A stretch of DNA of 64,000 bases from Candidatus Hydrogenedentota bacterium. Its GTDB lineage: Bacteria; Hydrogenedentota; Hydrogenedentia; Hydrogenedentales; SLHB01. The translations under genes were made by a program, and so were the position numbers. Below, in pieces: positions 33,821 through 43,751 of the stretch. Position 1 is the stretch's first letter. Each line of letters opens with the position of its first letter. Below the pieces are notes generated by a model. The model had not been told where the DNA came from and made no database searches. It saw only the letters and a list, made by a program, of their open reading frames with translations. Location: the NCBI GenBank assembly GCA_963668025.2, contig CAXXTH010000010.1, positions 1,216,001 to 1,280,000 on the forward strand, given 5' to 3'.

Positions 33821-34612
33821 ATGGATGGGCAAAAAGGCTACTATAGCTTGATTCAGTATTGCCCGGATCCATCTCGGGCAGAGGCTGCGAACGTGGGAGT
33901 GCTTTTGTTCTGCCCAGCGTTGAACTACATCGACGCACAACTTGCGCGCGGCAATGACCGGGTAACGCACTTCTTCGGAAAAGACTTGGCTCTTGATCTA
34001 AAGCGGCTAAACACATACAAACTGGCCATGAAAGAACGTCTGTCGATCGAGAAAGACCGATTCAAATCACTGGCCGACCTGGAGCAATTCATCCGCACAC
34101 GCGCCAACGAGATACAAATTACGGAGCCGAGATCGATCCGTGTGGTCGAACCGGAGCGGCAACTTGAAGAGCTTTTTAGGGAGCTTGTCGGCGGGAGAGA
34201 ACACCATGTTCTTGCAGAGACAGCTACTGACTTTCCGGAACTAAACTGCTTTTTCAAGCAAACTCGTCTGCATGATCGCGTTCAGTTTGATCTTAGCGTG
34301 AAAGTCCCAGTTCTTGATCGAGAGATCAAAATCCCCTACGCCTACACGAATGGAGTAATGAATCTTGTGAAGCCACAGAAATTGGCGGCGGGTTTTCAAG
34401 GCGTCGAGAAAGCCATGGCGCTGGCCTATGAGGGTGAATTGATTAAGAACGAAACACGTCAGCTTGTCGTGGTTCTATTTGGTGAAGACACAGAGCGCGG
34501 GCATGATACGGAAAGCGAAGCAGTCCGCGTACTCCAACATAAAGAAATCAAGACAGTGACTCGTGTGCAACTACCCGACTTCGAAAAGGAAGTCGTTGCC
34601 CAAGCACATTAA
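33821..34612 (+). CDS. DUF3037 domain protein
   Basis: YYSLIQYCPDPSRAEAANVGVLL ... NEIQITEPR....EELFRELV; usual partner of HipA-like kinases. Confidence 0.85.
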   Translation: MDGQKGYYSLIQYCPDPSRAEAANVGVLLFCPALNYIDAQLARGNDRVTHFFGKDLALDLKRLNTYKLAMKERLSIEKDRFKSLADLEQFIRTRANEIQITEPRSIRVVEPERQLEELFRELVGGREHHVLAETATDFPELNCFFKQTRLHDRVQFDLSVKVPVLDREIKIPYAYTNGVMNLVKPQKLAAGFQGVEKAMALAYEGELIKNETRQLVVVLFGEDTERGHDTESEAVRVLQHKEIKTVTRVQLPDFEKEVVAQAH

Positions 34613-34645
34613 ACGCTTATTGCTGCCGAGAGGGGGAAGTGTTAC

Positions 34646-37600
34646 GTGCAGACTCCGGCTGGTTCGTCTTTCGACCCAAACCTTCTTCGCAATCATAACT
34701 GGGCGCCGTCATACAGCCACGAGGACGGCGACCTCGTCAACCTCTTCTTTCTACCCGCCCTGGGGTGCGCCAAGCTATATCAACGCGTAACCGGATATTT
34801 CAACATAGAAGCGCTGGTGCTGGCGGCTCGCGGCCTCGACACGCTCATCCAGAATAAGGGCCGGATGCAGTTGATCGTGGGCTGTACGTTGGAACAGGAG
34901 GAAGTGGACGCCATCGAGGGCGGGTATGCGATACGGACCATTATCGAGAAGGCGATCCATAAGCGACTTAAGGACTATATCATCAAGGAATTCGACCGGA
35001 AGCAGCTAGGCTACCTATCCTGGATGGTTGCCTTTGGACACCTTGATGTGCGCGTGGCGGTTCCAAAAGATGCGGATGGCAAATTCGGGCCTGGCCTGGG
35101 CTTGTATCATGCCAAGTCGGGGCTCCTGGTGGACGCCGCCGGGGATAAGCTGGCGTTTCGAGGCTCCATTAACGAGACCTTTGCCGGATGGAAACAGAAC
35201 TGCGAATCGTTCGATGTGAGTTGCTCATGGCGGGGAGAGTGGGACCTCCAGCGGGTGCAGAAGACCGAAGAGGAGTTTCAGAAGCTCTGGGCGAACAAGG
35301 CGAAAAGCGCCGAGGTCATCGAGGTGCCAGAGGCCGTCAAGAGGGAATTGCTTCAATTCCTCCCCGCGGATGATAGTTTTATAGCGCCGCCCGTGAAAGG
35401 GGGCCTGGATGCGCCACTGGAAATAGAGCCTACAGTGGAGGAGCCGGTCGTTCTCGAAGGAACAACTGAAGAAGTCTTGCCTCCTAATGATGTGAAAGAA
35501 CAATCGCCATACCAGGACCGCAGAGATTTCTGGCGTTTCATCCGAGAGGCTCCGAAGCGGGAAGATGGCGTCTTGGTGGCCGTCAAGACAAGCACCATAG
35601 AGCCCTGGCCGCATCAACTGCGGGCATACAAGCGGATGCTGGATCGATGGCCATTCCGCCTGTTGGTGGCGGAGGAGGTCGGTTTGGGGAAGACTGCGGA
35701 AGCGGGCTTCATCATACGCCATCTATTATTGAGCGAGCGTGCGCGGCGCATTCTGATCATGGCGCCGAGTGGAATACTTCGCCAGTGGCAGGCGGAGATG
35801 TATGAAAAGTTCAACCTGCTCGCGCCGATCTACACGGGACAATCATTGGTCTGGCCAGAGCATCATTTTCGGCGGAGTCCGCTGGAGGAAAGAGTCAGCC
35901 GTGAAAGCTGGACTGAACAGCCCATCGTATTAGTATCCAGCAACCTGGTTCGCCGGAAAGAACGTCAGAGAGAGGTGTTAGAGGCGGAGGACTGGGACCT
36001 GATCGTCCTCGATGAAGCGCACCATGCCCGCCGTCGCGGCGCCGGAACGCAACAGGAATACAGGCCGAACCGGTTGCTAGGATTGATGCAAAAGCTCAAA
36101 GATAAGACCCAGTCATTGCTATTGATGACAGCTACGCCAATGCAGGTGGATCCCGTGGAGATATGGGACCTTCTGAGTCTGCTGGGGCTTCCTCCCGAGT
36201 GGACGGAGGCGACCTTCCTTGAGTATTTCGAGGCGTTAGCCTCAAATCCTGACGAAGAGAGCCTATTCAAACTGGCGAAACTTTTTCATGCTACAGAGGC
36301 CACGTACGGGTGTCTCCGAGATGAGGACGTGGAGAAGATAGCACAAGGACTGAAGCTGTCGAGGATTGACTGCACCAGGATTCTGAAGGCGTTACGGGAG
36401 AAGAAGACGGTGATCCCGCTAAAGCGCCTCTCAACGACGCAGCGGAAAGCTGCGATGGCCGTGCTGCGAGCAGGCAGTCCCGTGCGGCATCTGATGTCGA
36501 GGCATACCCGCACTTTGCTGCGGGAGTATTCAAAGAAAGGGCTCCTCACCTCGCCAATCGCGGAGCGCGATGTGCGCGATATAGCGGTGGAAATGTCGCC
36601 TTCGGAGCGGACGCTATACGAAGCAGTGGAGGAGTATATTCGGGCCGTATACACGGCCGCGGTGCCAGAAAAGCGTACAGCGGTCGGATTTGTGATGACA
36701 ATTTACCGGCGTCGCGTGGCCAGCAGCTTTAATGCCCTACGGAGAACCCTAGAGAAAAAGCTAGCGCGTCTGAATGCCCACGGTGTCGAACAGGTCGATG
36801 AAGCCCTAGAAGAAGATGTGTCACAGGATGAAGAGGTGGACGAGGTCGCCTCGGCGGAGGATGCCGCCAGTATGGATGCGGTGGCCTTGGACTTTGAGCA
36901 GCGCGAGTCTATTCAGCAGTTGCTGAAGTCAATCGCGAAGCTGGGAACGGATAGCAAGGCCTTGCGCCTGATAAAAGAATTACAGGAAGCCTTTTCCGCA
37001 GGCTACGGCGGCGCGATCGTTTTCACACAGTACACAGACACCATGGATTTTCTCAAAGACTTCGTGGGAGACAGAGTAGATTTGCCCATCGGATGCTATA
37101 GCGGATCCGGAGGCCAGCGCCGGGATCTGAATGGTGCGTGGACCTCATGTTCAAAAGAGGAGATCAAACGCCTGCTACGGACAGGCGAAGTCAAGGTATT
37201 GATCTGCACGGATGCGGCGGGCGAGGGACTGAACCTTCAGACCTGTGGGGTTTTGGTGAACTACGACCTTCCATGGAATCCGATGAAGGTCGAACAACGT
37301 ATCGGGCGTATAGACCGTATAGGGCAAAAATACTCAACGGTAAGAGTGGTCAACATGGGTTATGCGGACACGGTGGAGGTGGACGTTTATTTCGCCTTAA
37401 GCCAACGGATCGGCTTGTTCAATGGCGTAGTGGGGAAATTACAGCCTATACTGTCGCGGTTGCCTAAAGAGTTCGAGCGAGCGGTGCTCGGAAAAGCGGA
37501 AGGTAGAGAACAAGCCCGCTATGAAGCGTTATCGCATATGCAAGAATTGGTGGATGATGCCGAGACCGCCGCTTTCGATATAGACGCCGTGAGCGAGGCC

Positions 37601-37891
37601 GATCTCCAGCCGCCCCAATTCCCGGATCCGCCGTATCTGCCCAAGGATCTGGACCCAATCCTTCACAGTGAAATAATGCTGCCGGCCGGGGTGGAATGCA
37701 GGGAACTCGAACCCTACACCTATGCGGTCCGATTGCCTGGTAGCAACGAAGAGGCTCGTGTAACAACCCGGCCTAGTATTTTCGACGAGCATTTCGAAAG
37801 CCATCAATTATTCCTGCCCGGCAGCCCACTCTTCGATGCCGTATGCGCCCGTGGCGTTGAAAGCTCGGAGAGCCCTCAACCTTCGCAATAA
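34646..37891 (+). CDS. PLD-nuclease domain fused to SNF2-type helicase
   Basis: YQRVTGYF, YHAKSG...GSINET (HxK..GSxN), EEVGLGKT, LDEAHH, MTATP, DAAGEGLNLQ, YDLPWNPMKVEQRIGRIDRIGQ. Confidence 0.92.
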   Translation: MQTPAGSSFDPNLLRNHNWAPSYSHEDGDLVNLFFLPALGCAKLYQRVTGYFNIEALVLAARGLDTLIQNKGRMQLIVGCTLEQEEVDAIEGGYAIRTIIEKAIHKRLKDYIIKEFDRKQLGYLSWMVAFGHLDVRVAVPKDADGKFGPGLGLYHAKSGLLVDAAGDKLAFRGSINETFAGWKQNCESFDVSCSWRGEWDLQRVQKTEEEFQKLWANKAKSAEVIEVPEAVKRELLQFLPADDSFIAPPVKGGLDAPLEIEPTVEEPVVLEGTTEEVLPPNDVKEQSPYQDRRDFWRFIREAPKREDGVLVAVKTSTIEPWPHQLRAYKRMLDRWPFRLLVAEEVGLGKTAEAGFIIRHLLLSERARRILIMAPSGILRQWQAEMYEKFNLLAPIYTGQSLVWPEHHFRRSPLEERVSRESWTEQPIVLVSSNLVRRKERQREVLEAEDWDLIVLDEAHHARRRGAGTQQEYRPNRLLGLMQKLKDKTQSLLLMTATPMQVDPVEIWDLLSLLGLPPEWTEATFLEYFEALASNPDEESLFKLAKLFHATEATYGCLRDEDVEKIAQGLKLSRIDCTRILKALREKKTVIPLKRLSTTQRKAAMAVLRAGSPVRHLMSRHTRTLLREYSKKGLLTSPIAERDVRDIAVEMSPSERTLYEAVEEYIRAVYTAAVPEKRTAVGFVMTIYRRRVASSFNALRRTLEKKLARLNAHGVEQVDEALEEDVSQDEEVDEVASAEDAASMDAVALDFEQRESIQQLLKSIAKLGTDSKALRLIKELQEAFSAGYGGAIVFTQYTDTMDFLKDFVGDRVDLPIGCYSGSGGQRRDLNGAWTSCSKEEIKRLLRTGEVKVLICTDAAGEGLNLQTCGVLVNYDLPWNPMKVEQRIGRIDRIGQKYSTVRVVNMGYADTVEVDVYFALSQRIGLFNGVVGKLQPILSRLPKEFERAVLGKAEGREQARYEALSHMQELVDDAETAAFDIDAVSEADLQPPQFPDPPYLPKDLDPILHSEIMLPAGVECRELEPYTYAVRLPGSNEEARVTTRPSIFDEHFESHQLFLPGSPLFDAVCARGVESSESPQPSQ

Positions 37892-38023
37892 AATGCTCAT
37901 CGAGCTGTCAGCTTTCGGGGCCGTTTCCATGAGTATTCTTTGTTCCTTCGAGGGGGCTGGGTGCATGTGAATAAATTCGCCCCGGTAACTGTCGAAAGAT
38001 GGGGGTAAGCTCATCCTTTCAGG

Positions 38024-39169
38024 TTACTCCTGTTGCCTATTTCTCATCGCACTATATTTTCCTTTACGATGAGCCACCTCGAACATTGCAATGATGTTCT
38101 CCGGGGGAACATCAATCATATGATTGCATGACGCCAGGATAAATCCGCCTCGCGGCGCAAAAAACTTGATCCGTTCCCGAACTTCATTCACCAGCGCATC
38201 CACCGTATCCCCTGTCTTTTCGATTGAGCCGTGAAAAGTGATTCGATCTCCATAAGCTGCCTTTAATTGTTCTGGGTCCATTCCCCGCGTGGAGGTCTGT
38301 ACAGGATTCAAGATGTCAACATGTGCATCAATCAAATCGGGAATCACCTCGAATACCGAACCATCGGTATGGCGAAATATAGCCGCATGGGGCGCGTTCT
38401 CACGGATGAAGCTGTTAAGCTCGCGGTCCGCGGGTTTTAAGAACGTTCGATATAAATCTGGGGAAATGAGCAGGTTTTGCTGAGTTCCCAAGTCATCGGC
38501 TGTTTCAACAACCTGCACATAGGGGCCGATCTTATCTAGGAAGATACCATAAATCTGTTTATATATTTCCAACAGGCGGGCGATCAGATGATGGGCCAGT
38601 TCCGGTGTGGCCACCATGGCCATCAAGAACTCCGGCATTCCCATGAGCTGGCAAGCGCGGTCTAGCAATCCACGCGATAATGGATTGCGGGCAACCAGGG
38701 CGTAATCCGTATGGTGAAACATTTCCTTGGCTAACGATTCCAGGCCATCCGTGGAGAACAGATCTTGGGCCTGGGGCCAGGGATAGGCATCAATATCCTC
38801 GACGGTCTTGATATGCTGCAATGGGCTCTGTAGTGTATTGATATACAGCCCATCTTTTTTACAAGGTATTCCCCACGAATCGGTGAATTCATCTTCACCT
38901 TGAGCGCTGTCTACGGGCGTTTTTTTCTCAGGCAAGAAAATCCGCCGGAAATCAATATCGAAATATTCTAGAATACGCTCGTCATAGTAGTTGGCGCTTG
39001 TGCCGGAACGGACAGGAGGAATCGGCGCCAGTCCCAGGTAATCCCGGAGCCGCAGGTAGGTGGGATCCAGAAGCATGCACGCGTTGCCCATCATATCCAA
39101 AGGTATTCGGTCCGGTTCCTGATGATTGATCGCCATGAGCACTCGTTCCCGATGATTGGGTCCTGCCAT
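38024..39169 (-). CDS. Uroporphyrinogen decarboxylase (URO-D)/MtaA-CmuA family protein
   Basis: RERVLMAINHQEPDRIP, DDLGTQQNLLISP, RHTDG, LNPVQT, GGFILASCNH..DVPPENI. Confidence 0.85.
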   Translation of the reverse strand: MAGPNHRERVLMAINHQEPDRIPLDMMGNACMLLDPTYLRLRDYLGLAPIPPVRSGTSANYYDERILEYFDIDFRRIFLPEKKTPVDSAQGEDEFTDSWGIPCKKDGLYINTLQSPLQHIKTVEDIDAYPWPQAQDLFSTDGLESLAKEMFHHTDYALVARNPLSRGLLDRACQLMGMPEFLMAMVATPELAHHLIARLLEIYKQIYGIFLDKIGPYVQVVETADDLGTQQNLLISPDLYRTFLKPADRELNSFIRENAPHAAIFRHTDGSVFEVIPDLIDAHVDILNPVQTSTRGMDPEQLKAAYGDRITFHGSIEKTGDTVDALVNEVRERIKFFAPRGGFILASCNHMIDVPPENIIAMFEVAHRKGKYSAMRNRQQE

Positions 39170-39270
39170 TTAAGCCACTCCTTATTGTGAAGATGGATTC
39201 TTCCATTGGCTTCGATCACGCCCGCCTTCTTGATCCAATGCCATACCTGGAGGCAAGCTAATCGCCGCAT

Positions 39271-40302
39271 TTACCGCGCGTTATTACCCATAGCTAAAAC
39301 AACAATTCCAACAACCAAGAATGCCAGCCCGGCGAAAAGACAGGATTGGCTCTTGCGGCTGGACTTCTTCCATTCTGACGTGAGAAATCCCATGACGTTT
39401 GCTAATAACAGACCGGTGGAAAGACAAAGCGCCCATCCCACCGTGGTTCCAAATTTCCCCAAGTATTGAGTGCCAAGCCCATAAAAGAAAAGTATTAAGA
39501 AATGAAGCAAAGCCATAATGGCCACTAGAACCAAGTTAAAGCCAGCGCTTGATCCCGTAAAATTTTTCCATGTAGACTTTTTTCCTAGGAGATAAATCGA
39601 GTAGATGCCGCTGGAAAGAAAACCGCCCCAAAAGACGAGAATCCACACAGAAAGCGTTGCGATCACTGGTGAGTTGCCGTAGGCTTTGGATGCTTCGAGA
39701 ATGCCATTTCCAAAACTGAAGGCCAGATTAACGCATGGGCCAAGAAATCCGGCTATGATGCAAATCAATATTCCCTTCCCCATTTTTGGGGCGGTTTCCT
39801 TTGCTTTCAGGCCTCCTTCTGCTTGCGAACGTTCCCGTAGCAGGCCGGCCCGGCCGCAGATGCCCACACCGACACTGCATACAACAATCCCAGAGATGAC
39901 CACCCATCCTGCTGAAGTAAATGCTTCTTCCGTATGCTGAGTCAGCAAAGGGACCAACGAGCCTACTACCACACTCAATCCCATCATGATGGCATAACCC
40001 ACCGAGATGCCTGCCAAATGGATTCCCAATCCAAAAAGGATCATTCCCAAACCCCATAACAAGCCAAAGGCAAATGGGATCATTAGAGCGTTGAATCCAA
40101 CTTGACGCCAAATGGCAACACCGCTCTTGAGAAAAAGAAGGGCGAACAAAGCGGGGATGATCACCATGGTGAATAAATAGAATGCGCCCCAAGTATTCTC
40201 CCATTCAAACTTTTTAACATACTTTTGCGGCACGGCAAGCGTTCCGTTACAAACGGCGGCCAACAAAATGAAAACCAATCCGAGAAATAAATTCGTCTCC
40301 AT
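39271..40302 (-). CDS. L-rhamnose/H+ symporter (RhaT)-family transporter
   Basis: About 10 TM segments; P.KYVKKFEWENTW, GLLWGLG, GRAG..RE, GFLTSEWK. Confidence 0.82.
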   Translation of the reverse strand: METNLFLGLVFILLAAVCNGTLAVPQKYVKKFEWENTWGAFYLFTMVIIPALFALLFLKSGVAIWRQVGFNALMIPFAFGLLWGLGMILFGLGIHLAGISVGYAIMMGLSVVVGSLVPLLTQHTEEAFTSAGWVVISGIVVCSVGVGICGRAGLLRERSQAEGGLKAKETAPKMGKGILICIIAGFLGPCVNLAFSFGNGILEASKAYGNSPVIATLSVWILVFWGGFLSSGIYSIYLLGKKSTWKNFTGSSAGFNLVLVAIMALLHFLILFFYGLGTQYLGKFGTTVGWALCLSTGLLLANVMGFLTSEWKKSSRKSQSCLFAGLAFLVVGIVVLAMGNNAR

Positions 40303-40360
40303 ATGCGTGTTCTCCTATAAAGAGCAGTAGCACACGATTCTTTTGCTACATGCCAATCGG

Positions 40361-41281
40361 TTAAGCGAATGATGTTTTGAAGTTTTCCAAGTCTTTTCTT
40401 GTCGGCAAGCCATCGATCACGCCTAGGTGCTTTGTGGTGTATGCCCCGGCGAAACTGGCCCACTCAACCGCGTCGCGAAAAGCTATGCCATCCCCAAGTC
40501 CAACGGCCAAAGCCGAGTTAAAGCTGTCGCCCGCTCCGGTTGAATCAACGGCTTGAATAACTACAGAGGGTATCTCTTCACAACCATCCGGGGTAACAAT
40601 GAGAGAGCCATGTTTTCCGCGTGTCACCACGAGGCGTTTGGCGCCAAGTCCCAAGATTCGATTGGCCAGCTCGGGCGTCGGCGTGGGATCATCCGGCGCC
40701 AAACCAAGCATAATCCGGACTTCTGTTTCATTTGGAGTTAGTATATCCACATTTGCCAACAATGTTGGCGGAAATGATGTCGCAGGCGCAGGATTCAGAA
40801 TGGTCATGACGCCGTGTTTACGCCCAAGCTCCATGACGCGAATCACCGTATCGATCGGTGTCTCAAATTGGCTTAATACGATATCACTTTTTGCGATAAT
40901 AGCTTCCGCAGCATCGACATGCTCCGGACGCAACAGTGCATTGGCACCCAGATGTCCAACAATCATGTTTTCGCCGGTGGGGAGCAGTGTGACGCAACCC
41001 ACGCCCGTATTAACTCCTGGAAATTGATGTATAAACTCCTGTGATATGCCTTCTCTTTGATAGAGAGACATGGCCATATCCCCGAAGACATCCTCACCGA
41101 TGCCGGCCAATAGGCATACCTGAGCGCCCAAACGAGTTGCGGCAATTGCTTGATTGGTTCCCTTCCCCCCTGGGCCACAATCAAACAAGTCGCCGATGAG
41201 CGCTTCACCCAAAACAGGCATACGAAGCACGCGGACGGTAATGCCCGCAAAGAAACTACCTAAAACAAAAATCTTCGACAT
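40361..41281 (-). CDS. Ribokinase / PfkB family sugar kinase
   Basis: GPGGKGTNQAIAATRLG, LNPAP, TPNETE, DSTGAGDSF. Confidence 0.92.
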   Translation of the reverse strand: MSKIFVLGSFFAGITVRVLRMPVLGEALIGDLFDCGPGGKGTNQAIAATRLGAQVCLLAGIGEDVFGDMAMSLYQREGISQEFIHQFPGVNTGVGCVTLLPTGENMIVGHLGANALLRPEHVDAAEAIIAKSDIVLSQFETPIDTVIRVMELGRKHGVMTILNPAPATSFPPTLLANVDILTPNETEVRIMLGLAPDDPTPTPELANRILGLGAKRLVVTRGKHGSLIVTPDGCEEIPSVVIQAVDSTGAGDSFNSALAVGLGDGIAFRDAVEWASFAGAYTTKHLGVIDGLPTRKDLENFKTSFA

Positions 41282-41348
41282 AAGATCCCCCCTATATTCG
41301 GGCCAGCATTCGCGCCCAAGATGATTTGGCGTGTATTTGTCCAAAGAA

Positions 41349-41906
41349 TCACTCTAAGTTTGCATGATATTTCCATAAATCTACTTTATCCGGCCGTCGA
41401 TCATAAATCATTTGCGTTACGATATCTCCAAACAAATGCAGGGATTGATCAAAGAGCGCGGTCATCGGCTGGATGGATTCTATTCCATTTGCGCTATCGT
41501 TTTTTGTCGGGCAAGGCAGATGGACGGCAAAATCGCTTATTGACTTGATGGTGGAAGCCCGTGCTGCCGTAATAAGGCCCAATCGGGCGTCCTTGGACTT
41601 GGCAATTTGGGCGATCTGCACGGGCAACTTACTTTCACCGGATCCGCTGGCGATGAGCATAAGATCCTCCGGCCCTATAGGCTTCTCATTCATTGAACCG
41701 ACGAGTTGGCAATCGATACCCAAATGGCCCAAACGCTTTCCAAAACATTGAAGCGATAAAAATACCCGCCCTACAGCAAAGAAAAATACACGTCGGGACT
41801 TCTGGAGTTCCAGGATCAACCGATCCACCTCACCGCTATCCAGATGCTCAATTACATATTTATTTTCCATCAAAATACATTGCGCCGTTTCTGCATAAGT
41901 AGCCAT
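41349..41906 (-). CDS. SIS-domain sugar-phosphate isomerase (6-phospho-3-hexuloisomerase-like)
   Basis: FFAVGRV, KRLGHLG, IASGSGES, SIQPMTALFDQ, C-terminal HANLE. Confidence 0.88.
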   Translation of the reverse strand: MATYAETAQCILMENKYVIEHLDSGEVDRLILELQKSRRVFFFAVGRVFLSLQCFGKRLGHLGIDCQLVGSMNEKPIGPEDLMLIASGSGESKLPVQIAQIAKSKDARLGLITAARASTIKSISDFAVHLPCPTKNDSANGIESIQPMTALFDQSLHLFGDIVTQMIYDRRPDKVDLWKYHANLE

Positions 41907-41941
41907 TGCACTCTCTTCTTTCTATATCAAATTAGTTTTAA

Positions 41942-42955
41942 TTAAATGTAATTATTCTGGTTCTGAAGAACCTCCAACATGGCCATAACATTTTCAGGAG
42001 GCACATCCTTGGGCACCGCGTGGGACGGGCCAGCGATGTATCCTCCGCCCTTTCCCAAGGTTTTAAGCAATTCCATGGTTGCGCTCCTCACTTCTTCACA
42101 CGTTCCGTGTGGCAATAGATGTTGGACGCTAATTCCTCCGTAAAAGGCGAGTTTTCCGTGGAACTGCTTTTTGACGCTATGCAGATCCATGCATTCTGGT
42201 TGAAACGGATTGAATATGTTTACACCCATTTCGATAAGTTCAGGAAACAATTCCGCAACGCTGCCGCAACAATGGATTAATACATGCCGGTCTGCGCCTC
42301 TTACTCGTTGATACAATTTCATGGCGCGAGGTTTGATAAATGTGCGCCACAGATCCGCGCCCATGATGAGCCCCGATTGAGCGCCCCAGTCATCGCCAAA
42401 CCCCACGCAATCGATATCATGCGCCAAGGCCCGATCCACATGGGCAAGGCAATATTCGGCGATAATATCTAGCAAATCATGAACAAACTGTGGTTTGGTA
42501 TACATGTCCATGAGAAGTTGATCTAGGCCGCGAAGCGACCAAGCGCGTTCGAACAAAGTAAAACCAATCATGACGACTCGATAGTTATCACGGTTGCGTT
42601 CGGTGAACTCACGATAGGTATGCTGATCACCTAAAGCCAATGGATTAGGAACTTCGAGATTGCGGAGCGTCGGCTCAGGCAGCAGACTATTCTCTACGAT
42701 TCCTACCTCTCGATCATTGGCAGTGTTCCAGACAACACCCCATTCATCCTGAATAAAGTCCGGAGATAATTGTTTGCGTCCCAATTTACGAACCGAAAAC
42801 CACGCGAAGTGATTTCCGAGACGCTCTTGAAAATTCGCGTCCCCTAAATATTCCGCCATCCGTTCCCGTTCCTCAACAGTAAATGATATGTTATATGGAA
42901 CGGTATCCGTTTCCCGGAATCTCAATGCTTCATAAACCCGCTCACGTTTTGTCAT
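41942..42955 (-). CDS. Second URO-D family protein
   Basis: MTKRERV, TLFERAWSLRG, GDDWGAQ, HCCG, NPFQPE, GGISVQ, GGYIAGPSH..DVPPEN. Confidence 0.85.
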   Translation of the reverse strand: MTKRERVYEALRFRETDTVPYNISFTVEERERMAEYLGDANFQERLGNHFAWFSVRKLGRKQLSPDFIQDEWGVVWNTANDREVGIVENSLLPEPTLRNLEVPNPLALGDQHTYREFTERNRDNYRVVMIGFTLFERAWSLRGLDQLLMDMYTKPQFVHDLLDIIAEYCLAHVDRALAHDIDCVGFGDDWGAQSGLIMGADLWRTFIKPRAMKLYQRVRGADRHVLIHCCGSVAELFPELIEMGVNIFNPFQPECMDLHSVKKQFHGKLAFYGGISVQHLLPHGTCEEVRSATMELLKTLGKGGGYIAGPSHAVPKDVPPENVMAMLEVLQNQNNYI

Positions 42956-43722
42956 GATACGTCTCCTGTTCGAAGACATGCATCGGATGACAAACATGTC
43001 GCGTGAGTCCTCAAAACTTGGCGAAAGGCTGAGGTTGCCTCCACAATTCCTCCGTATTGGCGGTCAAAAATGCTGGAACTGCCGCAAACAAGGCAATCCG
43101 CACCCGCTTCCACCATGCGGGGCGCATGTTGTAAACTAACGTTGCCATCAACGGCGATATAAAGCTCCATACCCTTTGCCGTAATGAGCTTCTTCAGATC
43201 ATCAATCTTCCCGATCATTCCGTTAATCAGGCTTTGGCCCACAATCCCCGGATTGGTGGTCATAATAAGCACCAGATCCAATTCCGGAAGCAGATACTCA
43301 ATGCTCGAAAGGGACGTGGCTGGATTCAAAGCCACTCCCGCCATGGCTCCTCGATCTCGAATGGCTTGGGCTAATAAATATGCATGATAAGTCGCCTCGA
43401 TCTGAAACGTGACAATCGATGGCGCTAATTCATCCAGAATTCTGGGAACCCAGTATTCTGGGTTTGACACTAAAAGATGAACATCAATAGGAATATGTGT
43501 GGCCGCACGTATCTGTTTGGCCTGTTCGATGCCAATTCCCAGGTACGGCACAAAATGCCCATCCGCCATGTCGATGTGCAGATAATCGATTTTTGCCTCT
43601 TCAAGGGCGTCCAAATCCTTTCCAAGGCTAATCGAATTGGCGCAGAGCAGGGAAGCCATAAGTTTTGGCGGCTTAAGATCCATACGAACAATTTTCTTCG
43701 AAAACGGCATTTTTTGCTCCAT
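42952..43722 (-). CDS. Ribulose-phosphate 3-epimerase family (Rpe/AlsE-like)
   Basis: LHIDMADGHFVP, DVHLLV, ALNPAT, MTTNPG, VDGNV, GSSSIF. Confidence 0.9.
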   Translation of the reverse strand: MEQKMPFSKKIVRMDLKPPKLMASLLCANSISLGKDLDALEEAKIDYLHIDMADGHFVPYLGIGIEQAKQIRAATHIPIDVHLLVSNPEYWVPRILDELAPSIVTFQIEATYHAYLLAQAIRDRGAMAGVALNPATSLSSIEYLLPELDLVLIMTTNPGIVGQSLINGMIGKIDDLKKLITAKGMELYIAVDGNVSLQHAPRMVEAGADCLVCGSSSIFDRQYGGIVEATSAFRQVLRTHATCLSSDACLRTGDVS

Positions 43723-43751
43723 TCCTCTTAATAGTATATATCTATCTTGAA

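Noticed and set aside
25322-37891. Canonical BREX or DISARM system
   Set aside because: No PglZ, BrxL, BrxA/B or DUF1998/DrmA-type genes are present; the content fits the DUF499/DUF1156 restriction-like class.
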